This document shows, in pieces, positions 44,053-54,758 of a DNA stretch of 64,000 bases. The stretch is taken from contig NC_009634.1 in the NCBI RefSeq assembly GCF_000017165.1, forward strand, positions 384,249-448,248, in the 5' to 3' direction. The translations under genes and the position numbers were made by a program. How positions within the stretch are numbered: position 1 is the first letter of the stretch; every line of letters starts with the position of its first letter. The notes beneath the pieces were generated by a model. That model searched no databases. It was not told the DNA's origin and saw only the letters and a list, made by a program, of their open reading frames with translations. The stretch comes from Methanococcus vannielii SB (lineage in GTDB: Archaea > AGJL01 > Methanococci > Methanococcales > Methanococcaceae).

Positions 44053-44700
44053 TTATTTTTTTAACCAGTTTATACTATTACTAAGTCCTTCTTTAAACGA
44101 TTCAGTACTGCTTTTTTTATTTTCTTTTGATTCTTCTTTTAGAGGTTCAGTTTTTGGTGATTCAACCGCTGAATGGGAATGTTGTTCCCTATCCCTTTTT
44201 TTTTGCTCTAATTTTTCTTTATCAAGTTCAAAATCTTCTTCAACACGTATTACGTGGTCTGCAATATTTTGAATTGCAGTACTAAATCCAGGTTCTGCCC
44301 CAACAACAATAATCTGCTTTCCACGTTCTTTCGCCTTTCTTATTGCAGGTAAAAAGTCCGCATCTCTTGTCATGTAAACAATAGTATCAATATTTTTATT
44401 AAATATCAATTCAGTTCCATCAACGGCCATCTCAACATCAACATCGCCTGCTGAAATCCTAGGCTCAAAGCCCTGATTTGCAATTGCTTCAATTAATTTA
44501 TCAGATGCATACTGATTTAAATAAACTCTACCAACAACAATATCCCCAAATTCGTCTAAAGCATCTCTTACTTTATCAAGATCAACGTTAAATTCCTTTC
44601 TTAACATGTTTGGCCCATCAATAAGTAATGCCATCTTGTTAGTCCCTTTTTTACTAGTTTTCACGTAAAACTTCTTTAAATTGTCCAGTTTTTTCCACAT
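44053..44700 (-). CDS. NYN-domain (LabA/PIN-like) protein with Lys/Glu-rich C-terminal tail
   Basis: MALLIDGPNMLRKEF...RVYLNQYASD, then the GDVDVEMAVD acidic cluster and IVYMTRDADFLPAI, match the NYN/LabA consensus. Start choice is ambiguous between TTG 44712, ATG 44700 (GGTGAG RBS) and ATG 44634. Confidence 0.7.
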   Translation of the reverse strand: MWKKLDNLKKFYVKTSKKGTNKMALLIDGPNMLRKEFNVDLDKVRDALDEFGDIVVGRVYLNQYASDKLIEAIANQGFEPRISAGDVDVEMAVDGTELIFNKNIDTIVYMTRDADFLPAIRKAKERGKQIIVVGAEPGFSTAIQNIADHVIRVEEDFELDKEKLEQKKRDREQHSHSAVESPKTEPLKEESKENKKSSTESFKEGLSNSINWLKK

Positions 44701-44776
44701 GGTTCTCACCAAAGACCAAAATCAAGGTATAAAATAAAATTATCAATTAATTTATTAATCTACAAAGTATTTAAAT

Positions 44777-45571
44777 CTAAAACTTTTTTTTGTAAATTTC
44801 CTGGAATAATTCAATATTTTTTATCGTAGTATCGAGAGTTAAAGGGGTTAAAGATACATGTTTTTTTCTCCTTATTGCGTAAACATCAGTTCCATCTTCT
44901 TCTTCCATTATTGGGTACCCGTCAATCCAGTAATAGCTTCTACTCCTTGGGTCAATCCTTTCTTCAACGTGTGTTGTATACATCTTTTTTGCAAGTTTTG
45001 TAATCTCAACGGGAGTATTTAATGTGGCATCTTCTGGAATATTTACATTTAGCACATCACAAGGAAATTCAGAATCCAAAAACTTTTCAAAAACTTTTTT
45101 AAATACGTTTGCCGCATTTAAAAATTCTATTGGACTTTCACCTTCTTTAAATTTTAAATGATCGGCAGTAACTTGTAATGAGCATGCAAAAGCTTTTGCA
45201 CCGTGATGTGAACCTTCAAAAGCGGCGCCAAGGGTTCCTGAAGTTGTAATTTCAGTTCCTAAATTTTCACCAATATTTATTCCTGAAATTACAAAATCAG
45301 GCACTTTTTTTAAAACTTGATATATTCCAAGAACTACGCAATCTGATGGAGTTCCTGAAACGGCATAACCTTCAGAACAGTCTGAAAGTTTTGTTTTTGT
45401 TATTCTTAAAGGTTCAAAAAAACTTATTGCCCTTCCAATCCCACTTTGTTGGTTTGTTGGTGCTACAACGGTAACATTTGCATCAAATTCACTACTTAGT
45501 ACATTTTTAAGTGCTAAAAGGCCATTTGAGTATATTCCATCATCATTTACAAGCAATATTTCAAGAGTCAT
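44777..45571 (-). CDS. surE: 5'-nucleotidase SurE
   Basis: MTLEILLVNDDGIYSNGLLAL N-terminus with the DD metal site. 264 aa. Confidence 0.9.
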   Translation of the reverse strand: MTLEILLVNDDGIYSNGLLALKNVLSSEFDANVTVVAPTNQQSGIGRAISFFEPLRITKTKLSDCSEGYAVSGTPSDCVVLGIYQVLKKVPDFVISGINIGENLGTEITTSGTLGAAFEGSHHGAKAFACSLQVTADHLKFKEGESPIEFLNAANVFKKVFEKFLDSEFPCDVLNVNIPEDATLNTPVEITKLAKKMYTTHVEERIDPRSRSYYWIDGYPIMEEEDGTDVYAIRRKKHVSLTPLTLDTTIKNIELFQEIYKKKF

Positions 45572-45668
45572 GAAATCACCTTAATTTTATTAGTATATGT
45601 ATAATCGGATATTTATATATAGGGACTTTAAAAAATGCATTTAACGCTATTTCAAGTTTTTTTTAAAC

Positions 45669-45706
45669 TTTAAAGAATTTAAAAAAATTTAAAGAATTTA
45701 AAAAAA
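45669..45706. repeat. 19-bp perfect tandem repeat x2 (tttaaagaatttaaaaaaa) in the divergent surE / HTH-regulator intergenic region
   Basis: Copies at 45669-45687 and 45688-45706. Confidence 0.8.
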
Positions 45707-45826
45707 CGTCAATTGTTTTAAAATTTGCTTTTTAATTGAAGGTATATCAAAACTATAAAAACTATATATAGTAACCAGTTATATATTTATTAAAGTTATA
45801 TTGATAATAATAACCTGGTGAACTTG

Positions 45827-46627
45827 ATGAAAAAAAGAAATATTACTGAATTTCAAATACTATCAGAAGTTGTTAGAAAACAGCCACACATTAAACAAAA
45901 AGAAATAGCTGACACACTCGGAATAACCGTTCAGGGAGTGTCTGAACACATGCGTAACCTCATGAAAGAAGAGTTTATTAAAAATAAAGGTCGTGGTGAA
46001 TACGTTATAACTGAAAAAGGAATGGCCGTATTAAAATCATGGATTTCAGATTTTAAAAGTTACTTAAATGATGTAAATCAAAACTTGTATCGATATAAAG
46101 ATGTTTGGCCGGCAATAGCTGCTGAAGATGTAGTTTCAGGAGATAATATTGGAATATTTATGAAAAAAGGCCTCATATATGCTTCAAAAGAACTAAATTC
46201 CAATGCAACTGCTAAAGTATTTTTTGGAGGACTTAAAGGGGAAGATATTGCAATACATGATATTAAAGGGCATATTGAAGTAAATAAAGGAAAAGTTATA
46301 GTTTTAAAAATTCCTGCAGAGGTTATGGGGGGTTCAAGAAATGTAAATTACGATATAATAACTGACACTATTACGGAATATCCTGAGTCAGTTATTGCAA
46401 CTGCAGGAACAGTTGGAAATGTAGTAACTTCAAGGCTTGAAATTCACCCTGATATAAGATTTGCAGTTTCAGAAGGAATAGTTTCTGCTTGTAACCGGGG
46501 TTCAGATGTAATTGCAATAATTACTGGAAAAATGGCTGAAAAGATTATTAAAGTAATAGATAAAAACAAAATAAGTTATATTCTTTTAGATGCTTCAAAA
46601 AACATTGATTTAAGCGAATTTGAATAA
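45827..46627 (+). CDS. putative transcriptional regulator: N-terminal winged HTH plus uncharacterized C-terminal domain
   Basis: The HTH is at EIADTLGITVQGVSEHMRNL. A C-terminal ~170-aa domain has no recognised motif. GGTGA sits 6 nt upstream of ATG 45827. The ORF-track GTG at 45818 lies within the RBS. Confidence 0.6.
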   Translation: MKKRNITEFQILSEVVRKQPHIKQKEIADTLGITVQGVSEHMRNLMKEEFIKNKGRGEYVITEKGMAVLKSWISDFKSYLNDVNQNLYRYKDVWPAIAAEDVVSGDNIGIFMKKGLIYASKELNSNATAKVFFGGLKGEDIAIHDIKGHIEVNKGKVIVLKIPAEVMGGSRNVNYDIITDTITEYPESVIATAGTVGNVVTSRLEIHPDIRFAVSEGIVSACNRGSDVIAIITGKMAEKIIKVIDKNKISYILLDASKNIDLSEFE

Positions 46628-46688
46628 ATTACAGTATAATAACTATTTATTATTTTTATTTAAAAAAATAGAATTAAAATTAAATGGA

Positions 46689-47582
46689 TTAGTATCCTAA
46701 TTTATTAAGTAACGGTTCTGGCGAAATAAAGTTTACATCTAAAGCAACTTCTGATGGCTTCATTCCCATTGCAAGACCTAAAAGTTGGGATAAATGTACA
46801 ACTGGGAATCCATATTCGTTACCGAGTTTTTCTTTAATTTCAATTTGCCCCCTGTCAAATTGCAACTGACAGAATGGACATACGTTAACAGTAGCATCAG
46901 CACCCACTGCCAACATGTTTTCAATTTTTTCCTGAGTCATACTTAATGCAAGATCTAATTCTTTAGCCCTTACACCACCACCTGCACCACAACACATCAT
47001 TTTATCTTTATATGCTACTGACTTAGCACCGGTTGCTTCAACAAGTTCATCAAGCATTGTTGGATTTTCAGCACTGCCGAGTCCTTTTGCAGATGTTGGT
47101 TTTAAGAAGTGGCACCCGTAGTGAACGCCTATATTTACACTTAATGGTTTTACAACGTTTTCTCTAATTTTATCTACACCTATGTCATTGTAGATTAATT
47201 CAGCAAAGTGCCTTACATGAACGGTTCCTTTATATTCTTTTCCAACTTCGTTAAGCTGTTCGTTTACCATTTTTAAAGCATCTTTGTTTTCATGTAACAT
47301 GTGTGCAGCTTCAAATAATGAACCATAACATCCGTTACATACGGTAACTATATCTACGCCCATTTCTTCTGCAATACACAAGTTTCTTGCAGCTAAAGTT
47401 AACCATGTTTTTTGGTCGAATGAACCAAATACTCCCGGAGCCGGACAGCAGGAAGCTCCAGGCATATCTACTAATTCAACACCTAATTTCTCCATTACTG
47501 TTCTTGTAGCAGATTCCACACCAGCGTACCTGTTTGGCATAATACATCCAAGGAAAAACGCGTATTTCATCAATATCACCAT
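46689..47582 (-). CDS. hdrB: heterodisulfide reductase subunit B (two CCG domains)
   Basis: CCG-domain cysteine patterns (GASCCPAP...CNGCYG; MMCCGAGGG...CPFCQLQ). 297 aa. Confidence 0.85.
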   Translation of the reverse strand: MVILMKYAFFLGCIMPNRYAGVESATRTVMEKLGVELVDMPGASCCPAPGVFGSFDQKTWLTLAARNLCIAEEMGVDIVTVCNGCYGSLFEAAHMLHENKDALKMVNEQLNEVGKEYKGTVHVRHFAELIYNDIGVDKIRENVVKPLSVNIGVHYGCHFLKPTSAKGLGSAENPTMLDELVEATGAKSVAYKDKMMCCGAGGGVRAKELDLALSMTQEKIENMLAVGADATVNVCPFCQLQFDRGQIEIKEKLGNEYGFPVVHLSQLLGLAMGMKPSEVALDVNFISPEPLLNKLGY

Positions 47583-47608
47583 TTTTTAAATTTAGACTAT
47601 ATCTTAAA

Positions 47609-48172
47609 TTATTGTTTTAAACCCATTGTTTTCCAGTCAAATCCTATTAAATCATCAAATTTCAAACACTTAGCAATTGTTCTAATTTCATCCATATCTT
47701 TTTGACTGAATTGTGCAATTGGTGCTTTTTCAGCGAGTCCTAATGATTTTCTTAATTTTGCAGTATCTTCATTTGCAGGTACCGCATGACCAGCTTTTAA
47801 AACGTATACTGCGGTCATTTTATGCGGAGTTGCCATGTTTCCTTTTTGAGCTGCCAAATTTCTTATTGTTTTAATAATTTCAGTTACTTTAACATCTCTT
47901 GGGCATCTCTCATAGCAAGTGTAGCAAGTTGTACACTTCCAAATATCGTCACTATCTAAAACACTATCCATACCAAGTAATGCTTGCCTAATTACCTTTC
48001 TTGTTCTGTATGCAGTCCTTCTACCACTTGGGCAGCTTCCAGTACATGTACCGCATTGGTAGCATGCTTTTAATGAAGCTACTTCCTTTTCACCTGGAAC
48101 TGGAGTTCCAGCATCAATGATTTTGTTAACAAAATCTTTGTTTAAATTTTCAGCTTTCATCATCAGTAACAC
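47609..48172 (-). CDS. hdrC: heterodisulfide reductase subunit C (2x[4Fe-4S] ferredoxin)
   Basis: CYQCGTCTGSCP and CTTCYTCYERCP motifs. It is immediately upstream of hdrB on the same strand. Confidence 0.85.
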   Translation of the reverse strand: MLLMMKAENLNKDFVNKIIDAGTPVPGEKEVASLKACYQCGTCTGSCPSGRRTAYRTRKVIRQALLGMDSVLDSDDIWKCTTCYTCYERCPRDVKVTEIIKTIRNLAAQKGNMATPHKMTAVYVLKAGHAVPANEDTAKLRKSLGLAEKAPIAQFSQKDMDEIRTIAKCLKFDDLIGFDWKTMGLKQ

Positions 48173-48295
48173 CTCGAGGATACTTTTGTGCGGATATAAT
48201 ATATTTATTATTAGTTGCTGCCCTATATTATACTGTTGTATAATATAATAATTTATTTTTACCTTGTTTCAAAATAGTAATAAGAAGGTGGTATT

Positions 48296-48601
48296 TTGAT
48301 TGAAGAAATAATCAAAAAAACTGAAAAAGGAGTTTTAATCGATATAGAGGTTACTACTAATGCTAAAAAGAACGAAATTGGAAAAATTAATAAATGGCGT
48401 AAAAGACTTGAAGTAAAAATTAAAGAACAACCAATTGAAGGAAGGGCAAATAAAGCCATTTTAAAATTTTTAAAAGAAATTTTTAAAACAGATGTTGAAC
48501 TAAATCCAGTAACAACTTCGCCCCAAAAAACAGTACTTATATCATGTGATACAAAAGAATATGTTGTAAACATTTTAAAAAGGGAAATTAAATCAGTCTA
48601 A
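48296..48601 (+). CDS. DUF167 (YggU/UPF0235) family protein
   Basis: 101 aa with the EGRANKAILKFL core conserved in YggU-like proteins. Confidence 0.7.
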   Translation: MIEEIIKKTEKGVLIDIEVTTNAKKNEIGKINKWRKRLEVKIKEQPIEGRANKAILKFLKEIFKTDVELNPVTTSPQKTVLISCDTKEYVVNILKREIKSV

Positions 48602-48618
48602 TCCAAAATTAACTAATC

Positions 48619-49839
48619 GTGGTAAAAATGGAAGATGGTATAAACGATATAAACTATGCTCTTGCAGCGTACAGAATCTGTACTCCGGAAGAAACTTTCG
48701 AAAAAATAGGACCAATTATTAAAAAAATAGGAGTTACAAGAACTGCTAGGATTGATGGGCTTGATAGAATTGGAATTCCTGTTTTTTCATCAATTAGGCC
48801 TTCTGCAAAAGATGGTGCAATAAGTGTATATGCTGGAAAGGGTGCAACTGAAATTCAAGCAAAAGTTTCTTCGACAATGGAAGCAATTGAAAGATATTCT
48901 GCGGAATTTGATGAAAATTCGAAGCTTGAATTGGTAAAAAAACCTAAAAATCCGGTAAATCTTGATGAACTAATACTTCCGGGCGGAAAAAATGCCGAAT
49001 TTACAGATACTAATGAAGTAGACTGGGTTAGTGGAACAGATATTATATCTGGAAAAACTTTTGAAGTTCCAATAAACAGCATTGTTCACCCTTATGATGG
49101 GAAACAACTGTTTAGAAGCAATACTAACGGTCTTGCATCTGGAAACTCGATGGAAGAAGCAATTTTTCACGGAATGTTAGAGGTAATAGAAAGGGATTCA
49201 TGGAGTATTTCAGAACTTTCAAAAAATACGTATAAACGGGTAAACGTAGATAATGCCAAAAATCCACTAATTCACGAACTCATTGAAAAATTTAAAAGTG
49301 CTAAAATAAACGTCATATTAAAAGATTTAACTAGCGAAGTTGGAATTCCAACAATTGCTGCAGTTTCAGATGACGATATTTTAAAAGACCCCTCACTATT
49401 ATGTATGGGTGTAGGTTGCCATATCCATCCAGAAATTGCAGTTTTAAGGGCATTAACTGAAGTTGCACAAAGTAGGGCAACCCAAATTCATGGGGCTCGT
49501 GAAGATACGAATAGAGGTGATATCATACGAAGAATAGATTATGAAAGAATGAAAAGGGCACATAAAAAATGGTACACCTTCAAAGAAGAAGTAAATATCG
49601 AAAATATTGAAAACAAGGCAAAATTAAATATTAAAAAAGACATTGAAACTTTAAAAAATACGTTAAAAGAAAACGGATTTGATAAGATTATTACGGTTAA
49701 CCTGAAAAAAACAGAAATTGACGTTGTTAGGGTAATTATTCCAAAGATGGAGCTTTATAGTGTTGATAGGGATAGAATTTCTCTTTGGATTAAAGAAAGG
49801 ATTAGGAGAAATCTTGAAAAAAATCTTGACTTGATTTAA
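48619..49839 (+). CDS. ycaO: YcaO-domain protein (methanogen marker-type; TfuA-independent YcaO)
   Basis: YcaO signatures AGKGATEIQAKVSSTMEAIERYSA and GLASGNSMEEAIFHGMLEVIERD. Confidence 0.85.
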   Translation: MVKMEDGINDINYALAAYRICTPEETFEKIGPIIKKIGVTRTARIDGLDRIGIPVFSSIRPSAKDGAISVYAGKGATEIQAKVSSTMEAIERYSAEFDENSKLELVKKPKNPVNLDELILPGGKNAEFTDTNEVDWVSGTDIISGKTFEVPINSIVHPYDGKQLFRSNTNGLASGNSMEEAIFHGMLEVIERDSWSISELSKNTYKRVNVDNAKNPLIHELIEKFKSAKINVILKDLTSEVGIPTIAAVSDDDILKDPSLLCMGVGCHIHPEIAVLRALTEVAQSRATQIHGAREDTNRGDIIRRIDYERMKRAHKKWYTFKEEVNIENIENKAKLNIKKDIETLKNTLKENGFDKIITVNLKKTEIDVVRVIIPKMELYSVDRDRISLWIKERIRRNLEKNLDLI

Positions 49840-49950
49840 AGTTCCATTTTTTTATATATTTTAAATTTACATATTTTAAATTTATTATCTTAATTTTAGC
49901 TATTTTTTAACTAACCTTACCTTAAATTAGTTTAAGAGGAGGGGAATTTT

Positions 49951-50919
49951 TTGAAAAATTTTAAAAAACCAAATATTATAATAAGTAGATGTATCGAACA
50001 TGATAACTGTAGGTATGACGGCCATAAAATTTCAAGCGATTTTGTAAAAAATACTAAAAAATACTTTAACTATATAACTGTGTGTCCCGAAGTTGAAATC
50101 GGGCTTCCAATTCCAAGAAATTCTTTAAAAATTGCTTTTAAAAATAATAACTATGAATTTGTTCAAAATAATACATATAATAATTATACCGAAAAAATTA
50201 GAATTTTTTCATCGAATTTTTTAGAATCAATAACCAATGTTGATGGATTTATACTAAAAAATAAGTCCCCTTCTTGTGGAGTAAAGGGGGTTAAAATATA
50301 TCTTGAAAATGGAAACCCGATAAATCAGAAAACAGAAGGTTTTTTTGCCAAAGAAGTTTTAAAGAGATTTCCAAATATTCCAATAGAAGACGAAGCAAGG
50401 CTTAGAAATAAGCGGATAAAAGACCATTTTTTAACAAAAGTATATACGCTTTTAGATTTTAAAGATACTAAATATTCTAAATCCATAAAAGAATTAATAG
50501 AATTTCATACAAAAAATAAATTACTATTCATGGCATACAATCAAAAACAAAAGGACATTTTAGGAAATATAGTTGGAAATTATTCCAAAAATTTTGATAA
50601 TTTAATAAAATATTACGAATTAAATCTAAATTTGCTTTTAAGTCGACCTCCTTTAACTGAATCTAACATAAACGTCCTTATGCATATTTTTGGGTACGTT
50701 TCTAGAAAACTTTCAAAGGAAGAAAAAGAGCTATTTATCGAGTCATTAGAACGGTACCGTAATGAACTTGAATGTATTAATATTCCAATAATTCTTTTGA
50801 AATCATGGATTATTCGTTTTGACGTTGATTACCTAAAAAAACAGACTTATTTTGAACCTTTTCCAATGGAACTTTCAGATAATAGCGATTTATTTAAAAG
50901 AGACTATTGGAAAGAATAG
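49951..50919 (+). CDS. DUF523 (TudS-like)/DUF1722 fusion protein
   Basis: The N-terminal IISRCIEHDNCRYDG matches the Cys-containing DUF523 N-terminus (ILVSxCLLGxxCRYDG). Further Cys residues follow (CPEVEIG, SPSCGV). The C-terminal half is helical and DUF1722-like. Confidence 0.65.
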   Translation: MKNFKKPNIIISRCIEHDNCRYDGHKISSDFVKNTKKYFNYITVCPEVEIGLPIPRNSLKIAFKNNNYEFVQNNTYNNYTEKIRIFSSNFLESITNVDGFILKNKSPSCGVKGVKIYLENGNPINQKTEGFFAKEVLKRFPNIPIEDEARLRNKRIKDHFLTKVYTLLDFKDTKYSKSIKELIEFHTKNKLLFMAYNQKQKDILGNIVGNYSKNFDNLIKYYELNLNLLLSRPPLTESNINVLMHIFGYVSRKLSKEEKELFIESLERYRNELECINIPIILLKSWIIRFDVDYLKKQTYFEPFPMELSDNSDLFKRDYWKE

Positions 50920-50954
50920 ATATATCTTTAAATTCCAATAATTGTTATTTAGGA

Positions 50955-51028
50955 ATGGACTGAGCGGGATTTGAACCCGCGGCTTCCGCATAGCCAATGC
51001 GGCACTCTCCCAGTCTGAGCTATCAGCC
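50955..51028 (-). tRNA. tRNA-Ala (anticodon GGC), no encoded CCA
   Basis: Manual fold of the reverse complement GGGCUGAUAGCUCAGACUGGGAGAGUGCCGCAUUGGCUAUGCGGAAGCCGCGGGUUCAAAUCCCGCUCAGUCCA. The acceptor stem has the G3:U70 Ala identity pair. D-stem GCUC/GAGU, anticodon stem CCGCA/UGCGG with loop UUGGCUA, and T-arm GCGGG-UUCAAAU-CCCGC. Confidence 0.85.
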
Positions 51029-51170
51029 CCAAATTCAGTCTAAATTTGCTGTTTTTAATATATAAAATTTTCTATTTTAAGTATTTTAAAATCCGGATTT
51101 TAAAAAATTATAAATTGTGAAAAGAATAAAGGACTATAAAGTAAAAAATAGCCTCATTTAATTACTTTTA

Positions 51171-52572
51171 GTGTTTTTCATGAAAAATATAGACTTTGAT
51201 TACGACGTAATTATAATAGGTGCGGAGCCTTCTGGACTTTTTTGCGCATTTGAACTTTCAGAAAATAGTAATTTAAGAATACTCGTAATTGATAAAGGTA
51301 AAGATATTTTAGACCGGATTTGTCCGATTAAAAATACTAAAAAGTGCATGCATTGTAGTACTTGCCAAATAATGTAGGAGGTTGGGGGTACAGGAGATTT
51401 AAGTGATGGAACACTTAATTTAAGGCCCAATATTGGAGAAAACCTGTCCGATATACCCAATGATAAAAACTATTCATGGCCGCTTATTTTTGAAGTCGAT
51501 GATATTTTCTTAAAAAATAATGGCCCAAAGAACTTTCAAAAGGAAACCTGGTAAAATTAAGAGAATTACAAAAAAAGCCGTATAAAATGGGGTTAAATTT
51601 ATACCAATAATTCAAAGACATATGTTTCAGACAATACTAAAAAAGTAATTTTCAGTATTAAAAATAAATTTCAAAAAAAATGGTGTTACGTTTTTATTAA
51701 ACACAAACGTAATTGACTTTACAAAAAATAGTGTAAAAGTAAATCAGTTAGAAAAACTAAAAAATATAACTACAAAATACATTGTAGTTACCCCAGTTCG
51801 GGAAATGCAGACTGGTTTTTAAAAATAGCTAAAAAAATCGGTTTAACTGCATATCACGGGCCTATTGATGTTGGAGTACGTGTAGAAGTTCCAGCAATGA
51901 TATTTGATGGAATAACAAAAATAAACCATGACCCCAAATTTCACATATTCACAAAAACATATGATGACTTTGTACGAACTTTTTGTACGAATCCACGAGG
52001 ATTTGTTGTTTGAGGGAAATATGGTGATATGTTTGTGTAAGTGGCCACTCAATAGTAAATACAAAAAGTGAAAATACCAATTTTTCACTTTTAACCCCGA
52101 TATAACTTACAAAGCCTATAGAAAATACTACAGGTTACAGAAAAATATTGCAAAGCTTACAACTACCTTTGTCGGTGGAAAGCCAATTTTAAAGAGATTT
52201 GGTGATTTAAAAAGAGGGCAGAAAAATACTTTAGAAATGCTCAAAAAAGCAGTTTTGAACCAACTTTAAAACTGGTAACCTCTAGATACACTACAATGGC
52301 AATTCTGCATAGAATAGTTACAAGTATCGTTGAAAATATTGAAAAGTTAGATAAATTCCGGGAGTTTTCAATGACCCTACACTATTATATGCTCCATAAA
52401 TAAAGTATTATGCAATGAAAGCAGTAGTAAATACGAATTTAAAAACTAACATTGAAAATGTTTATGTTGCATGCGATGGTGCAGGACTTTTATCTGCACG
52501 TGGAATTTTAAAAAAGGAAGCAATTGTTGATTTAAATATCAAAAAAATGAAATTAACTGGAAAGAAAAAATA
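51171..52572 (+). pseudogene. degraded FAD-dependent oxidoreductase (COG2509-like 'FAD-dependent dehydrogenase') with multiple frameshifts and stops
   Basis: An intact N-terminus (DVIIIGAEPSGLFCAFEL, Rossmann GxGxxG) ends at 51377. The family motif GGTGDLSDGTLNL continues in another frame. Further fragments (KKNGVTFLLNTNVIDF, YIVVTP, KIGLTAYHGPIDVGVRVEVP and the C-terminal NVYVACDGAGLLSARGI) are spread over all three + frames up to 52572. Confidence 0.6.
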
Positions 52573-52596
52573 ATAAATCTTTAAACGGCGATTTTT

Positions 52597-54024
52597 ATGT
52601 TAAGGATATATAACACAATTACAAAATCTGAAGAAGTATTTAAAACTTTAAATAACGAAGAAGTTAAAATTTATGTTTGTGGCCCAACAGTCTACGATGA
52701 AACTCATATTGGACATGGTAGAACGTATGTTTCTTTTGACATTATTAGGCGGTATTTAGAACATATTGGATATAGTGTAAAACTTGTCATAAATTTTACA
52801 GATATTGATGACAAAATAATAAATCGGGCACTAAATTTAAATGTAACTCCAAAAAAAATCTCGGAAAAATACATTGAAATATTTTTAAACGATATGAAAA
52901 CATTAAATGTTAAACCTGCCGATATTTATCCTAAAGTTACAGAAAATATTCCCGAAATTATTTCTTTTATTGATAAGCTAATTGAAAAGGGCTTTGCATA
53001 TAAGACGGATAGTGGTGTTTACTTTGAAATTGAAAAATTCAAAGATTATGGAAAATTAAGTAATATTAATTTAGAAAACTTAATTTCTGAAGATAAATTA
53101 GAAAGTAAAAGTGAAAAGAAAAATCGTTTTGATTTTGCATTGTGGAAAAATAAAAAATCAGGAGAACCTTACTGGAAAAGCCCTTTTGGAGATGGAAGGC
53201 CCGGCTGGCATATAGAATGTTCAGTAATGAGCATGAAGTATTTAGGGGAACAGTTTGACATTCACGGCGGAGGAAGGGATTTATCATTTCCACACCATGA
53301 AAACGAAATTGCACAAAGCAGTGCATATTCTGGAAAAAATTGGGTAAATTACTGGGTACATACGGGTTTTGTAATGGTTAATGGCGAAAAAATGAGTAAG
53401 AGTTTAGGTAATTTCGTTACTATTTCAGAAATCTCAAAAAAATACTCCCCCGAAGTTTTAAGGCTATTTTTTATTCAGAGACATTATAAAAGCCCGATTG
53501 ATTATACTGAAGAATCAATGGAACATGCTAAGGCTTCACTTCAAAAACTATATAATGTAATTGAAAGTGTTAGAATTGCACTTGAAAATCCCGTAAATAG
53601 CGTTTGGGATGAAAATGAAGCTTTCTTTTACAATGTTTTAAAAAATTCGAAAATAAATTTTTATAGGGCAATGGATTCAGATTTTAATTCAGTTAATGCA
53701 TTAAAAACAGTTTTTGAAGTTTCAAATAGCGTAACTAAATATTTAAGTGTCTCAAAATCTCCAAATGTAGCTTTACTTATAAAAACCCTTGATTTTTTTA
53801 AAAATGTCGGTGAAATATTCGGTTTATTTGAAGGTTATTTTTATAAATCTTCTAACGTTAAAGAGGAAAGTTTAATTAAATTTTTAGTAGATTTAAGGGA
53901 TGATTTAAGGTCAAAAAAGAATTATGAAACGTCTGACAAAATAAGGGACGGGTTAAAAGAATTAGGATACCAAATTGAAGACAGTTCAAAAGAAAATACG
54001 GTATTTAAAAAAATAAATATTTAA
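52597..54024 (+). CDS. cysS: cysteinyl-tRNA synthetase
   Basis: HIGHGRT and KMSKS motifs and a 475-aa CysRS architecture. Confidence 0.95.
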   Translation: MLRIYNTITKSEEVFKTLNNEEVKIYVCGPTVYDETHIGHGRTYVSFDIIRRYLEHIGYSVKLVINFTDIDDKIINRALNLNVTPKKISEKYIEIFLNDMKTLNVKPADIYPKVTENIPEIISFIDKLIEKGFAYKTDSGVYFEIEKFKDYGKLSNINLENLISEDKLESKSEKKNRFDFALWKNKKSGEPYWKSPFGDGRPGWHIECSVMSMKYLGEQFDIHGGGRDLSFPHHENEIAQSSAYSGKNWVNYWVHTGFVMVNGEKMSKSLGNFVTISEISKKYSPEVLRLFFIQRHYKSPIDYTEESMEHAKASLQKLYNVIESVRIALENPVNSVWDENEAFFYNVLKNSKINFYRAMDSDFNSVNALKTVFEVSNSVTKYLSVSKSPNVALLIKTLDFFKNVGEIFGLFEGYFYKSSNVKEESLIKFLVDLRDDLRSKKNYETSDKIRDGLKELGYQIEDSSKENTVFKKINI

Positions 54025-54099
54025 CGACCAATTGGCCCTAAATTCTTTAAAAAAAGATATATTTTAGAAATAAACTATAATTTTATTAGTTGGGATATT

Positions 54100-54726
54100 T
54101 TGGATAAAAAATATTATAAAACATTTAAAAAATATTCAAAAGTTGAACGAATTGTCAAAGATTCACTATTTATAGGCTACGGTAAACCCGTATCCAGTGA
54201 AAAAGAGGCTAAAGAATTTATTTTAAAAATTAAAGAAATTCACAAAGATGCAACACATAACGTTTCAGCATATCGGATAAATAGTTTAAACAATTTTTCA
54301 ATAAAGTATGACGACGATGGAGAGCCACAGGGAAGTTCTGGAAAACCCATTTACAGAGTCATAGAGTTAAAAGACATTCAAAATGTAGTAATTGTAGTAA
54401 CAAGATATTTTGGCGGCACTAAGCTTGGTTACGGTGGAATTTTAAAAGCTTATTTAGATACTGCAAGTGAAGTTATAACTTCTTCAGAAATTTTAGAAGT
54501 ATTTCAAAAATCACAAATTTTTTTAGAATTTGAATATTCTCATATCGAAACTATTAAAAAAGCCATAGAAAATTTAGGGAAAATCATTGAAGAAACGTAT
54601 TTTGAAAAAGTAAGATATAAAGTAGAAGTTAATTTTGGTTTTGAAGAAGAACTTATTAAAAAGCTTGTAAGCGCAACTAAAAATAATATTAAGATTGAAA
54701 ATATCAATAGTAATATACGCAATTAA
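54100..54726 (+). CDS. IMPACT/YigZ-family protein (UPF0029)
   Basis: ATHNVSAYRI...DDGEPQGSSGKPI matches the YigZ/IMPACT core (HNCxAYR...DDGEPxGTAG). TTG start. Confidence 0.72.
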   Translation: MDKKYYKTFKKYSKVERIVKDSLFIGYGKPVSSEKEAKEFILKIKEIHKDATHNVSAYRINSLNNFSIKYDDDGEPQGSSGKPIYRVIELKDIQNVVIVVTRYFGGTKLGYGGILKAYLDTASEVITSSEILEVFQKSQIFLEFEYSHIETIKKAIENLGKIIEETYFEKVRYKVEVNFGFEEELIKKLVSATKNNIKIENINSNIRN

Positions 54727-54758
54727 TAAATACATAAATTTGAGTTCGAGAGATTATA

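Noticed and set aside
51200-52088. Minus-strand ORFs 51200-51460 and 51843-52088
   Set aside because: They fall within the frameshifted pseudogene region and are antisense to recognisable oxidoreductase fragments.
50920-52600. Integrated mobile element at tRNA-Ala
   Set aside because: No integrase, transposase, direct repeat of the tRNA 3' end, or foreign-looking GC shift is present. The only content is a decayed chromosomal-type oxidoreductase.
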